Positions 10,492 to 19,668 of a stretch of DNA of 24,447 nt are shown piece by piece; positions within the stretch are counted from its first letter, which is position 1; every line of letters begins with the position of its first letter. The notes under the pieces were generated by a model. The model saw only the letters and a list, made by a program, of their open reading frames with translations, did not search any database and had not been told where the DNA came from. Position numbers and translations under genes: made by a program. The stretch is from an uncultured Nitrososphaerales archaeon (lineage in GTDB: Archaea; Thermoproteota; Nitrososphaeria; Nitrososphaerales; Nitrososphaeraceae): positions 1-24,447 of the forward strand of contig CAVPXM010000071.1 of the NCBI GenBank assembly GCA_963709405.1, in the 5' to 3' direction.

Positions 10492-10736
10492 ATGATTTTG
10501 GATGATACGGTACGGCAAGCATTGACTTCGGGCTATCTTGCTCCCCCCTTGTGACCCTGAACAAGGATGGCAGTCCTCAGGTCTCTATCGTCTGGGTTGG
10601 CCTTAATGGCGATGAAATTGTCTGTGCTCACCAGAATCTCTACCGAAAATTGAAGAATATTCAGCGCGATGCCCGGGTGGCACTCTCAATGGTGACGGGT
10701 GGAAAAGCTAATGGTCTGGATAATAAAAAAAGATAG
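10492..10736 (+). pseudogene. PPOX-class F420-dependent oxidoreductase, frameshifted and 3'-truncated
   Basis: LVTLNKDGSPQVSIVWV...KLKNIQRDARVALS is the PPOX/Rv1155-family signature. Frameshift in the C-run at ~10543; ends abruptly at ~10722. Confidence 0.82.
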
Positions 10737-10791
10737 CTAAAATAGCATATTTTGAATACTAAAATACTCATCTATCTTTAATAGTAATGCT

Positions 10792-11529
10792 ATGGGCCGT
10801 AAGGACTGGTATTATGTGCACCTTCCAAAGCTATTGATTAAAAGACTTGATCAGTTCTTACAAACACCTAAATCTAAAGCTATGGGCATGACTAACAAAT
10901 CGGAGCTATTAAGACATATGATTAATAAATTTCTTGATGAGCAAGAGGCATTTTACAATAAGATTGACTACATTGGAGATTTTGTTCTGGAAATGAAGGA
11001 CCATGACCATATAGTTCTTACTTTTAACAATGAAAGCCAATTTAAAGAGATTGTTACTGCCTTTATAAAGCGCGGAATTGATCGCAATGAGATCAATGTA
11101 TTGATTATTTATAGAAAGGAAGAGCAGAAATTCTTAGAATCACTCGACAAGTTCCCAAACATAAATACCTTACTTAACTCGCAGGATATAATGATAATTC
11201 CTGCTGATGAAAGTTTTCATAATGGCAGCTTTTCGATTGAACCCGTTGTCAAAGGACTTCGTAGCATCGAAGAGTTAGCAAAAGAGAAATCAAAAAAAGG
11301 GTTGAATATGATTGCCACTCTGCCGGCCAAATTAATAGAACAGGGTAGGTATGAGGACGCTGTAGAGATTGAAAACGTATTCGATATCGCAATAAGAGAA
11401 TTTGAAGAACCTATCACTTTACTATGTCTGTATAAGTCAGTGCCAGAAAACCTTGAAGATCGTTTTTCAGAGTATCATGATCTTATAATCAAACGTTCTG
11501 CAACTGTTACAGCAGCTGGCTTACAGTAA
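10792..11529 (+). CDS. Putative one-component regulator: N-terminal ribbon-helix-helix + MEDS (DcmR-like) sensory domain
   Basis: WYYVHLPKLLIKRLDQFL...NKSELLRHMINKFL (beta-helix-helix RHH pattern); DHIVLTF...AFIKRGIDRNE...TLLCLY...EYHDLII (MEDS pattern). Intact 245-aa ORF. Confidence 0.75.
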   Translation: MGRKDWYYVHLPKLLIKRLDQFLQTPKSKAMGMTNKSELLRHMINKFLDEQEAFYNKIDYIGDFVLEMKDHDHIVLTFNNESQFKEIVTAFIKRGIDRNEINVLIIYRKEEQKFLESLDKFPNINTLLNSQDIMIIPADESFHNGSFSIEPVVKGLRSIEELAKEKSKKGLNMIATLPAKLIEQGRYEDAVEIENVFDIAIREFEEPITLLCLYKSVPENLEDRFSEYHDLIIKRSATVTAAGLQ

Positions 11530-11602
11530 GATACTGGTAAGCCCCAAAGGATAAATAAAAATAGCGATTTTTATTCGTCGTGAATAAACAAGTTTCAAAT
11601 CA
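11520..11602 (+). repeat. Promoter/leader cassette copy B
   Basis: Gap-free 86% match to 9601-9683. Its palindrome CTTACAGTAAG overlaps the last codons and stop of the RHH-MEDS gene. Confidence 0.92.
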
Positions 11603-12497
11603 AAGAACACCAAATCAAAGAACACACAACACAGGGACGTTGTACAAGACCGTAACAGTTGACGGGCTGTCTATCTTCTACAGGGAAATTGGGGACCCTA
11701 CCAATCCGAAGCTGGTATTGCTTCACGGCTTTCCTGCTTCTTCTCACCAGTACCGCAACCTTATTTTAGCCCTAGCCGACCATTTCCATGTCGTCGCACC
11801 TGACTATCCTGGTTTTGGAAACTCCGACTTACCAAGTCCGGATGAATTCAACTACACCTTCGAACGACTCTCTGAGATAATGGAAGATTTCTTGAAGGCC
11901 ATAGATTTTACACACTTTGGACTTTACCTGCAGGATTATGGTGGACCTGTTGGATTCAGGATCATAACTAGACACCCCGAATTGCTAGAATGGCTAGTAT
12001 TGCAGAACACAAACGCCTATGAAATTGGCTTTACAAGTGCATGGGATGGCCTGCGTAACGCACTTTGGAAGAACCGCACTCCTGAAACCGAGGCCCCTCT
12101 ATACGGGTTTCTACAACTTGACACGATCAGGCAAGTGTATCTTTACGGCCACAAAAATCCTGGAGCCATCAGTCCTGACAACTGGAACATGGACTTTAGG
12201 TTCATGGAACGACCAAACGCACGGCGCGTACAGATTGATCTGTTCTACGACTACCGCACTAACGTAGGACTGTATCCAAAATGGCAAGAGTTCTTACAGC
12301 ACCGTCAGCCAAAGTCGTTGATTTTCTGGGGACAGAATGACATATTCTTTACCAGAGAAGGAGGCGAAGCTTACCTGAAGGATCTACCTGATGCCGAGAT
12401 GCACAGGCTCGATTCAGGACACTTTGCTGTAGAGGACTGCCTTGATGATATCGCTAGTAACATCCGCCGCTTCTACCTTGAGAGGGTGATAAAATGA
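11580..12497 (+). CDS. Alpha/beta fold hydrolase (epoxide hydrolase/haloalkane dehalogenase-like)
   Basis: LLHGFP, APDYPGFGNS, nucleophile elbow QDYGG (Asp), WGQND, DSGHF. Intact 305-aa ORF with a GTG start. Confidence 0.93.
   Translation: MNKQVSNQRTPNQRTHNTGTLYKTVTVDGLSIFYREIGDPTNPKLVLLHGFPASSHQYRNLILALADHFHVVAPDYPGFGNSDLPSPDEFNYTFERLSEIMEDFLKAIDFTHFGLYLQDYGGPVGFRIITRHPELLEWLVLQNTNAYEIGFTSAWDGLRNALWKNRTPETEAPLYGFLQLDTIRQVYLYGHKNPGAISPDNWNMDFRFMERPNARRVQIDLFYDYRTNVGLYPKWQEFLQHRQPKSLIFWGQNDIFFTREGGEAYLKDLPDAEMHRLDSGHFAVEDCLDDIASNIRRFYLERVIK
11596..11625 (+). repeat. Exact 15-bp tandem duplication CAAATCAAAGAACAC x2
   Basis: 11596-11610 equals 11611-11625 and encodes NQRT twice at the cassette/hydrolase boundary. 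Confidence 0.9.
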
Positions 12498-13118
12498 CAA
12501 AAGCAATTGTTGTTGTTTATCAAAAACAAAGGTACTTATCGCTACTATATTAGGGTTCGCTCTTTTGTTTACACTACCAACGCTGTCATCGTCACCAATA
12601 GTCTCTGCTCTTGATGCAGCTCCAGCCCAGCTCTTTATTTGAGCATGGATGCAGGTAACCCCATTGCAGCATCTTTGGAAAATGCCACATTCTCAATCAA
12701 GCTTGGTGCCATAGCCACAGGACATGACGATAGTGCATTTAGTGCAGTAGAAAAGATCTTTGCTTTCATAAATGACCCTACTGGAAAAGATAATCCTCAA
12801 AGACAGGGATTTAACAGTGCTTTAGCTGACGGTCTATCGCCCTTAAACGTTCTAGGAGGAATACCTACTATTGCCACAGACTGTAGTCCAATGTGGGATC
12901 TTAATATATGACAGTGCACACGGAACGCCACTGATAATGGTTCTCGCTCGAGATTAATCGAGGAGTTTCAGATTCTGGGTTTTGTTGAGAAAGGGTGGAG
13001 AACCGGCCCTAGTGGAGCTCCATATGGTTCAGCTGGCATAGTTGTAAACTGTCCAATAGTATACCGCTTCTTGTTGGCCATAGGAAAGAAAAAGGAGACA
13101 ACGTGTTTTCCAAGATAA
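12494..13118 (+). pseudogene. Secreted DUF7482-like protein, internally deleted and disrupted
   Basis: Signal-like piece (LIATILGFALLFTL), then YLSMDAGNP...NPQRQGFNSAL...SPLNVLGGIPTIATDCSPMWD, an in-frame TGA at 12909-12911, then RSRLIEEFQILG...GIVVNCPIV. Overlaps the hydrolase stop (ATGA). The family name is from memory. Confidence 0.6.
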
Positions 13119-13226
13119 ATTGCACAGTATGGTAAGACTGCCATCATTATTGTTATTTTTAATTGTAAACTAGTAGAATGATACTGCGCGACCGACTTAG
13201 ATAAAAAGTGCAAGTAAAAGCGTAAG

Positions 13227-13463
13227 ATGCCATAATTCCTTGATGTTCATTTTATGATGGGTTTCACTGAAGAATCTTTAAGGAAAGCACAAACAGAATT
13301 GCCTGACGAATTTGGGTGTCACAACGGAAAATACGTTGTATAATATAGAAGCCGACAGACTAAATTGCCTGCTTAATGCTTCTTATAAAGAAGCAATTGA
13401 AAAGCACCATGAAAAATATGCTGCAAATGTAAATGGATTATGTAAATAACAGCAACTGCTTAA
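13227..13463 (+). pseudogene. DUF4242 (SCO4226-like nickel-binding) small protein, disrupted
   Basis: MP*FLDVH...DEFG/VTTEN.LYN.EADRLNCLLNA..KEAIEKHH.K, with stops and frameshifts. Confidence 0.72.
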
Positions 13464-13820
13464 ACGAGGCACTTTTATATTATCAAATGTGACAAAGAAA
13501 AAACACTACCTTTTGATACAAGTAGCATTATTTGCCTGATGACACGGTAAATAAAATAAGACAATTGTGCAGGACTAGTGCAATATGATGTTATGTTATC
13601 CACTACTAAATTTATGCCCGCTTGACCAGTTCGCTTGACCAATTTGTGCTCTAGCAATAGTATTATTTTTTATTATCAAAATATTTGATTTAATTTAGTG
13701 CTAGATTTATCGCTTGGTTCGGTGTTATGGTTATTATCACCTTATAGTTGTTGTTCAACTGTTTTAACACTTTCTTATTTTCGCAGCTTTTTATTCTCAG
13801 GACCCACTAAAAAGCACTGA

Positions 13821-13950
13821 TATCGTAGCGGGTTCGGTTGGATGCAATACACGAGTGTGTGATGTAATCCATCTCGGGGATACGACGCTAGTAATCTACT
13901 GCTGGTGAGTGAACGAGGGATAGAATCCGTCGCAAAATGTGACCCCGCCA
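13821..13950 (+). ncRNA. Candidate structured RNA of unknown family
   Basis: GC-richer island with closing stem GCGGG/CCCGC and three internal hairpins with many G-U pairs on the + strand. Shares a motif with 20577-20606. Confidence 0.35.
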
Positions 13951-13997
13951 TTCTAGTATTCTAAAACGACTTAAACAGCTTTGTTCAATCAAGAATA

Positions 13998-14516
13998 ATG
14001 ACAATTATAGTTCTAACTGGAGCTCCAGGAGTCGGGAAGACCACAGCCATAATTCGTGTTGCCCGAGCATTAAAAGAAAGAGGAGTGAAAGTAGGTGGTA
14101 TAGTTTCCAGAGAGCTAAGAACCAATAATAGGAGGATAGGATTCGAATTCATCAATCTTTCCACAAATGATAGAAATGTATTGGCTTCTATCACTGGAAA
14201 TGGTCCTAAGGTTGGAAAGTATTTCGTTAACATTGCAGGGTGCCGCTTTGCAGCCGAGTGACTGACGAATGCTGTAATGAATTCTGACGTCATCTTTTGT
14301 GACGAGATTGGTCCTATGGAGCTCAAATCAAGAGAGTTCGTAGACTCTGTAAAGAATTTACTTAATGTCGACAAGAAAGTAATTGTCGTTGTCCATCAAA
14401 AGCTACAACATCTTCTAATCGACGAGCTTAGAAATAAATCTAGTCTTTTGATCAACCTTGATTTGCAAAACAGAGAAAAAGTTAATGAACTATTACTCGA
14501 TAGATCAATTGCTTGA
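13998..14516 (+). pseudogene. THEP1-family NTPase with one premature TGA
   Basis: Walker A LTGAPGVGKTT, KVGKYFVN, Walker B IFCDEIGPMEL. The two ORFs are in the same frame, separated by TGA at 14259-14261. Confidence 0.9.
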
Positions 14517-14812
14517 ATGATAAATGGTATAGTCAATAGAAAGTGTTTTTGACATAGTGAAAAAGTCACCTATCATCGAATTCAGTATTTTTATAAGAAA
14601 TTGCAGCTGTTGTTGTTGGTTCGATTATAAAATTTGTTTTGTTCCCTTCCTTTTTTGTTTCGAACCCTATTAGAGAACTATATCATTGTGGGCCCGAGAG
14701 TTTATGGACCAAATCTGACGTGATTTTAAGGCCTCTAGGGTGTGACAGAATTAACAGAAAAAATAGTAGCACTTGACGCATAGCCGTGGATACTTAGTTT
14801 TCTTTTAATATT

Positions 14813-15789
14813 TTAAAGAAAAGATACTGCATACCGCACATAATTAACAATGCGTTTGGCAAAGAGACCATCAGGATCCATATCCGGATTATAAATTGTA
14901 AGATTCAGTCCAATGGGATAACTTGATGACATTATTACTTTAGTAATTTTCTTTAGATGATTCCAGTTTATGCCACCGGGTTGTTGGTAGTCAACAGCCG
15001 GCATAGAGCGCGTAGATAGTACATCTAAATCCACATGAAGCCACAGTTTATCAACCTGCGTCACAGTCTTGGATTTTAATTGTTTTAATGTTCTGTTAAT
15101 TAGAGCTTCAATATTCTCGCTTTTGAGAAGGGCAGTATCGTCATAAAATATTTTTACTACTTTGCTAGATAGAGATTCTACCCTTGCTTTTGTAGCACCT
15201 TCTTGTCACGAGGGCAAAATATGCAAATGTTCCTAGCATCAACCAAAGGTAATGGCGGCCAATTACTATTATCAACTATGTTTGAGGGTAAATGGTCACA
15301 GTTCATACCAAGTGCAAACCCAAGTTCCATATCTGCAGCTTCGCCAGTTGGAGATTTATCTGGTGGATAAGCGTCTTCATGGCCATCTACAAATAACAAT
15401 CCTGAACTACTTCCGTGAAGATCTTTAACTGCTGCCAGACATCCAAGAAGAATCGGGCAGTCGCCACCTATAACTAACGGAAACCTGTGACTCTTAAGTG
15501 CATTATTAACACTTTTGTAGACGGCTTGAACCATCGAAATAAAAGTATCATGTCCTATTATACCAGAATGAGGATCTCTATCTGTTGTAGGTACAGTAAA
15601 GGTCACATCTCCTTCATCGTATATATCACAATAATGGCTAAGGGCCTGTATCAATCCAGCACTACGAAGAGCACTTGGAACTTTTGCAACACCATCACTC
15701 TTACCAGAAGAATTTGTAGGTACACCCATTACAGTCAGTTTTGGATTTTCTTGTATTTTTCTGGCTATGTGAACCTGCTTATCTTTCAA
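14813..15789 (-). pseudogene. Arginase/ureohydrolase family protein, single frameshift
   Basis: GGDC, FVDGHED, GEAADM, HVDLDVL, PAVD..QPGG and IYNPD motifs. 1-nt frameshift at ~15181 (G/VESLSSK). Confidence 0.88.
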
Positions 15790-16073
15790 AGTCGTCTTTA
15801 AAGTTATTAGTGATAAATTATTTATTCTTTAGTAGCTTGTTCTAGTCTTACTTGAATTCAGGGTTCTAATCCCGACTTTTGAATAGGCAGCAGACGTAGC
15901 AGCATAAAATCAAGGTTACTCATGTGATCAGTAGAGGAATTAGTAGATTCGAAAACTGTTTTACCTTCTAACTCATTGCCAGGTTGCATAGCAGCACCTA
16001 TTCGCGATTTGAAGGGTTACGTTTATCCCCCCAACTCCAAGAAGTCTCTGGTATTGGTGTTTCCTCAGTCTTA

Positions 16074-16259
16074 TCAAGCCAGCACTTTGACCACTCTGGC
16101 AAGGTAGAAGCGGCTGACGTTACTAGCGATCTCAAGGCAATCCTCTAGACCAAAGTGTCCTGAATCTAGCCTGTGCATCTCGGCATCAGGTAGATCCTTC
16201 AGGTAAGCTTCGCCTCCTTCTCTGGTAAAGAATATGTCATTCTGTCCCCAGAAAATCAA
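16074..16259 (-). repeat. Inverted partial duplicate of the alpha/beta hydrolase 3' end
   Basis: 16168-16259 is the exact reverse complement of 12318-12409 (92 nt). The rest is diverged but in frame (GHFGLEDCLEIASNVSRFYLARVVKVLA*). Confidence 0.93.
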
Positions 16260-16551
16260 ATTCGAACAAATTGTATTAAACGAAATGATGAGTAAAAAAT
16301 TTGATAACTGTTGGAAAACAGATCAATGTGATCGTTTTTTTCGTAGCTTCATCATAATCTTCATTTTTACTAACATAGTACTTTATTATGAAAATCAGTG
16401 CTTCATAAGAAGAATACAGTGAAACTGCACTGCATTCTATACTTACATAATATCATTTCGTATCTTATCCAGGGTTTATCGACAACAAGTTTGCGTAACT
16501 TAGAGAAAAGACATGTTAATAATAGAAATGTCAGCGATAGTACAAGTAGGA

Positions 16552-17694
16552 ATGAAAATTGCTTTTACTGGAGATGTGATGCTTGGAAGATTGGTTAATA
16601 GTGTACTTTCTAATGATAAATTTACTTATGTATGGGGAGATACATTAAACGTTATTCGAGCTGCGGATTTATCTCTAATAAATTTAGAATGTGTAGTGTC
16701 ATCAGTTGGTAAAGAATGGGATAAAACATTTAAGGTGTTTCACTTTCGTGCTCATCCTGAAGCCATTAATGTTTTGAAGGTAGCAGGAATAGATTATGTA
16801 TCTTTAGCTAATAACCACGTATTAGATTATGATAATGAAGCACTAATTGAAATGCTTGATTTGCTTGACAAAAATGAAATAAGACATTCGGGTGCTGGCA
16901 GAAATCTCAAAGAAGCAATGGAACCGGCTATATTAAATACAAACAAAAGAACAAAACCAAAGAGTGTTAGTAGCAGCAGTAAGAATAATAATGACCATGA
17001 CATTTGTGTGGTTAAAATTGGCCTAGTATCTTTAACTGATAATGAGCCGGAATGGGAAGCAACTGAGAATTCACCTGGAATAAACTATATTCCGATTAAG
17101 TTAAGAAAAGAGAAAGAGAAAGTGAAATTACGTAGTGATAATAATAGTGTTTATTATAGCAGACTCAAACGCTCTATACAAAAAGCAAGACAAGTGTCAG
17201 ATCTGGTAATTGTTTCTTCTCATGTTGGTCCTCATTTTAGAGAAAATCCTTCTTCTGACTATGTTAATTTTGCGCATATGATTATTGATATGGGAGCTGA
17301 TATATACTGGGGCCACAGTAACCATATGCCTCAAGGTATAGAAATTTATAAGCATAATAAAATAATAATGTATGATTGCGCGGTGCATCGGGTATATAGA
17401 AATGATTTGTCTTTTGTATTTCTATTAAATTTTGAATATAGTAACAATAATAATTATGACAAGTATAATAACAATGGTAACAGTAGTCATTGTAAAATAA
17501 AAGAGATAGAACTTATTCCAACGAGAATCTATGATTTTAGTGTGAATACTGCATTACTAGAAGAAGATGAGGAAATTGTAATAAGTAGAATGATCCAAAG
17601 ATGCAATTATCTAGGGACTAAAAATTGCATAGTAGTAGACAAAAGCGAAACAAGAGGAGGAAAGAGAATAAAGATACCGATAGCCATTGTTTAA
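16552..17694 (+). CDS. CapA family (PGA_cap, metallophosphoesterase-like) protein
   Basis: FTGDVMLGR, INLEC, SLANNHVLDY, HVGP, GHSNH, RNDLSF. Start taken at MKIAF (the ORF opens at 16513). Appears to lack the usual GDFxDDY segment. Confidence 0.88.
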   Translation: MKIAFTGDVMLGRLVNSVLSNDKFTYVWGDTLNVIRAADLSLINLECVVSSVGKEWDKTFKVFHFRAHPEAINVLKVAGIDYVSLANNHVLDYDNEALIEMLDLLDKNEIRHSGAGRNLKEAMEPAILNTNKRTKPKSVSSSSKNNNDHDICVVKIGLVSLTDNEPEWEATENSPGINYIPIKLRKEKEKVKLRSDNNSVYYSRLKRSIQKARQVSDLVIVSSHVGPHFRENPSSDYVNFAHMIIDMGADIYWGHSNHMPQGIEIYKHNKIIMYDCAVHRVYRNDLSFVFLLNFEYSNNNNYDKYNNNGNSSHCKIKEIELIPTRIYDFSVNTALLEEDEEIVISRMIQRCNYLGTKNCIVVDKSETRGGKRIKIPIAIV

Positions 17695-17834
17695 AATAGA
17701 AGATTTGAGATATATGAAGGAGTATTGATAGCTCTCCTTTTGCTAATATGATCCATTATTATATACTCATATAATATACAAGGATTAATCTTACAAAGGG
17801 ATGCTTTCGTTTTATTTTTACGTCTAGTTATTAA

Positions 17835-18710
17835 TTATTTTCTAAAATGTTTCACAAACCATCCAGCTGCAAGCTCTGCAACTTTCTCAAGTGTTCCTGG
17901 TTCTTCAAAAAGATGAGTTGCTCCAGGAACTATCACTAATTTGCTTTCTTGTATTGTATTTGTTAAATGATTTAGAGCTTGTTTATTTAATTCGATGACT
18001 ACCTCATCATTACCGCCAACAATCAATAATGTGGGTGATTTCACTGTTGATAACGCATGTTCTCCTGCTAGATCAGGCCTTCCTCCTCTTGACACTATTG
18101 CCTTGACGATGGCATGATCGTTGTTGCTATCTTCTTGAAGCTTTGAAGAAGCAACCAGAGCCGCTGCTGCGCCTGTACTGGCACCAAAATGACCTATATT
18201 TAGATTTAAGGAGCTATTCTTCTTTTCTTTCCTCTCTATTTCTATTTGTGTGCTATTAATAATACCAATGCCAGATTTGTTCTTATTATAATCTATAATC
18301 CAATTAGTAGCATCAATGAGTCTATTGGCTAGTAAATTTATATCAAATCTAAGATGTCCAGTCAGACTATCAATTTCTTCTTCTTCAGCTGTTAATAGAT
18401 CAAATAACAACGTAGCAATTTTTGAATCTCTAAGTACTTTGGCCACATATCTATTTCTTGTACTATGCCTACTACTGCCACTACCATGAGCAAATAAGAC
18501 TATTCCAATCGGATTTTCGGGGATTTCAAAATTTCCTTCTAATTCTACAAAACCAGAGGGTATGTTTACTAATAATGATTGTTCTTCTCTGTTTTGTCGT
18601 TGTTGTTGTTGATGTTTTTCTGTTACTTTTGCTGCTGATGATGATGGTGGTGGTCGTGGTGATGAATTTGAGGTTTTAATCTTTCCGTACTTTGCATACT
18701 TTGTAGTCAT
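17835..18710 (-). CDS. Dienelactone hydrolase family alpha/beta hydrolase
   Basis: FAHGSGSSRHS, FGASTGAAAAL, VSRGGRPDLA, LIVGGND, PGATHLFEEPG. Low-complexity N-terminus. Confidence 0.9.
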   Translation of the reverse strand: MTTKYAKYGKIKTSNSSPRPPPSSSAAKVTEKHQQQQRQNREEQSLLVNIPSGFVELEGNFEIPENPIGIVLFAHGSGSSRHSTRNRYVAKVLRDSKIATLLFDLLTAEEEEIDSLTGHLRFDINLLANRLIDATNWIIDYNKNKSGIGIINSTQIEIERKEKKNSSLNLNIGHFGASTGAAAALVASSKLQEDSNNDHAIVKAIVSRGGRPDLAGEHALSTVKSPTLLIVGGNDEVVIELNKQALNHLTNTIQESKLVIVPGATHLFEEPGTLEKVAELAAGWFVKHFRK

Positions 18711-18985
18711 CTTAACAATATCTTAATAATCAAGGCACTATTATTATATAAGCAGCTACCCTTTTTTGTGTTGATAAGGGATTGATCAATCATCCTTCAA
18801 TAAATCCACTTTCTCTCCCAGTTACTATTGCTATAATGCAGTGTTTAAATTTACAAAATTCTTTGTTATTATTAAGACTTCGATTCTTATTCTTTGATTA
18901 TTTCTGATATTAATACGAAAGGAGCCATGCCAGGATTTGGGTTCAGTAAATTAGCTAGAGGGATGTATTGTTATAATTATTGTTC

Positions 18986-19630
18986 TTATCCTAAAGATCT
19001 GATTGAATTTCTATTTCTTGAAATTGCTTGCAGTGCTGATAATGCAAGTCCTGGTCTTCTTGTAGGTGAAAGAAATACTCCCAAGTCTGTTACAGTTACC
19101 ATACCCGCTAGTTTTTGGGTATGAACTATCGGAAGCCTTCGAATTTTATTCTTTATCATAATTTCTGCCTCTTCTTGTACTGTTAGTCCTGCCTCTGCGT
19201 AAATGAGAGGACGGGAAGTTATGTGTTCAAGTAATGCATCATGAAAATAGCGATCCTTTGCTCCTATTCTTCTTACAAGGTCTCTTTCTGTAACCATTCC
19301 AAATGGTTTACCATTATCTTTAGTTACTACTACGCTTCCTACCTGCTTTTCTGTCATCAGGACTGCAGCATCGACTGCGGTTTTAGAATAATCTAGAGCT
19401 ATAACGATACTGGTCATTATTTTTTCCACTCTTGTAGTACTTTGTTCCACTAATACTTCTAGCGCATTTGACTTTACTATATCGTCGATCATCTTTTGTA
19501 CCTCGTTCGGGTTCATATTTACCTTGTGAGCAATAGCTTGCACAGATAAGTCAGAATAACGATACAGGGAAGCTATCATGTCTTCGCTTTTCTTTTTTTG
19601 TTTTTTAGTTGTTGTTGCTCTTGATTCCAT
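18986..19630 (-). CDS. CBS domain pair protein with short N-terminal helical (HTH-like) region
   Basis: VEKIMT...VGSVVV...GMVTERDL and IRRLPIV...GMVTVTDL. The N-terminal LSVQAIAHKVNMNPNEV is HTH-like. Confidence 0.85.
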   Translation of the reverse strand: MESRATTTKKQKKKSEDMIASLYRYSDLSVQAIAHKVNMNPNEVQKMIDDIVKSNALEVLVEQSTTRVEKIMTSIVIALDYSKTAVDAAVLMTEKQVGSVVVTKDNGKPFGMVTERDLVRRIGAKDRYFHDALLEHITSRPLIYAEAGLTVQEEAEIMIKNKIRRLPIVHTQKLAGMVTVTDLGVFLSPTRRPGLALSALQAISRNRNSIRSLG

Positions 19631-19668
19631 TTGTCGCAGCCTTCTTCATTTTCTATAACTTGTGCTGC

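Noticed and set aside
13828-13950. tRNA (with intron) or cobalamin riboswitch
   Set aside because: No TTCRA T-loop, D-loop or anticodon arm and an imperfect 7-bp acceptor stem. Only CCCGCCA resembles the B12 element. Kept as an unknown structured RNA instead.
14259-14261. Single in-frame TGA in the NTPase as selenocysteine or programmed readthrough
   Set aside because: The position is not a catalytic Cys site, a CGA>TGA transition explains it, and neighbouring genes carry TAA and TAG lesions too.
14688-14710. GTGGGCCCGAGAG as a degenerate tRNA 3' end (att-site remnant) on the minus strand
   Set aside because: The T-loop is not recognisable and the match is too short. The same applies to GGGTTCTAATCCC at ~15861.
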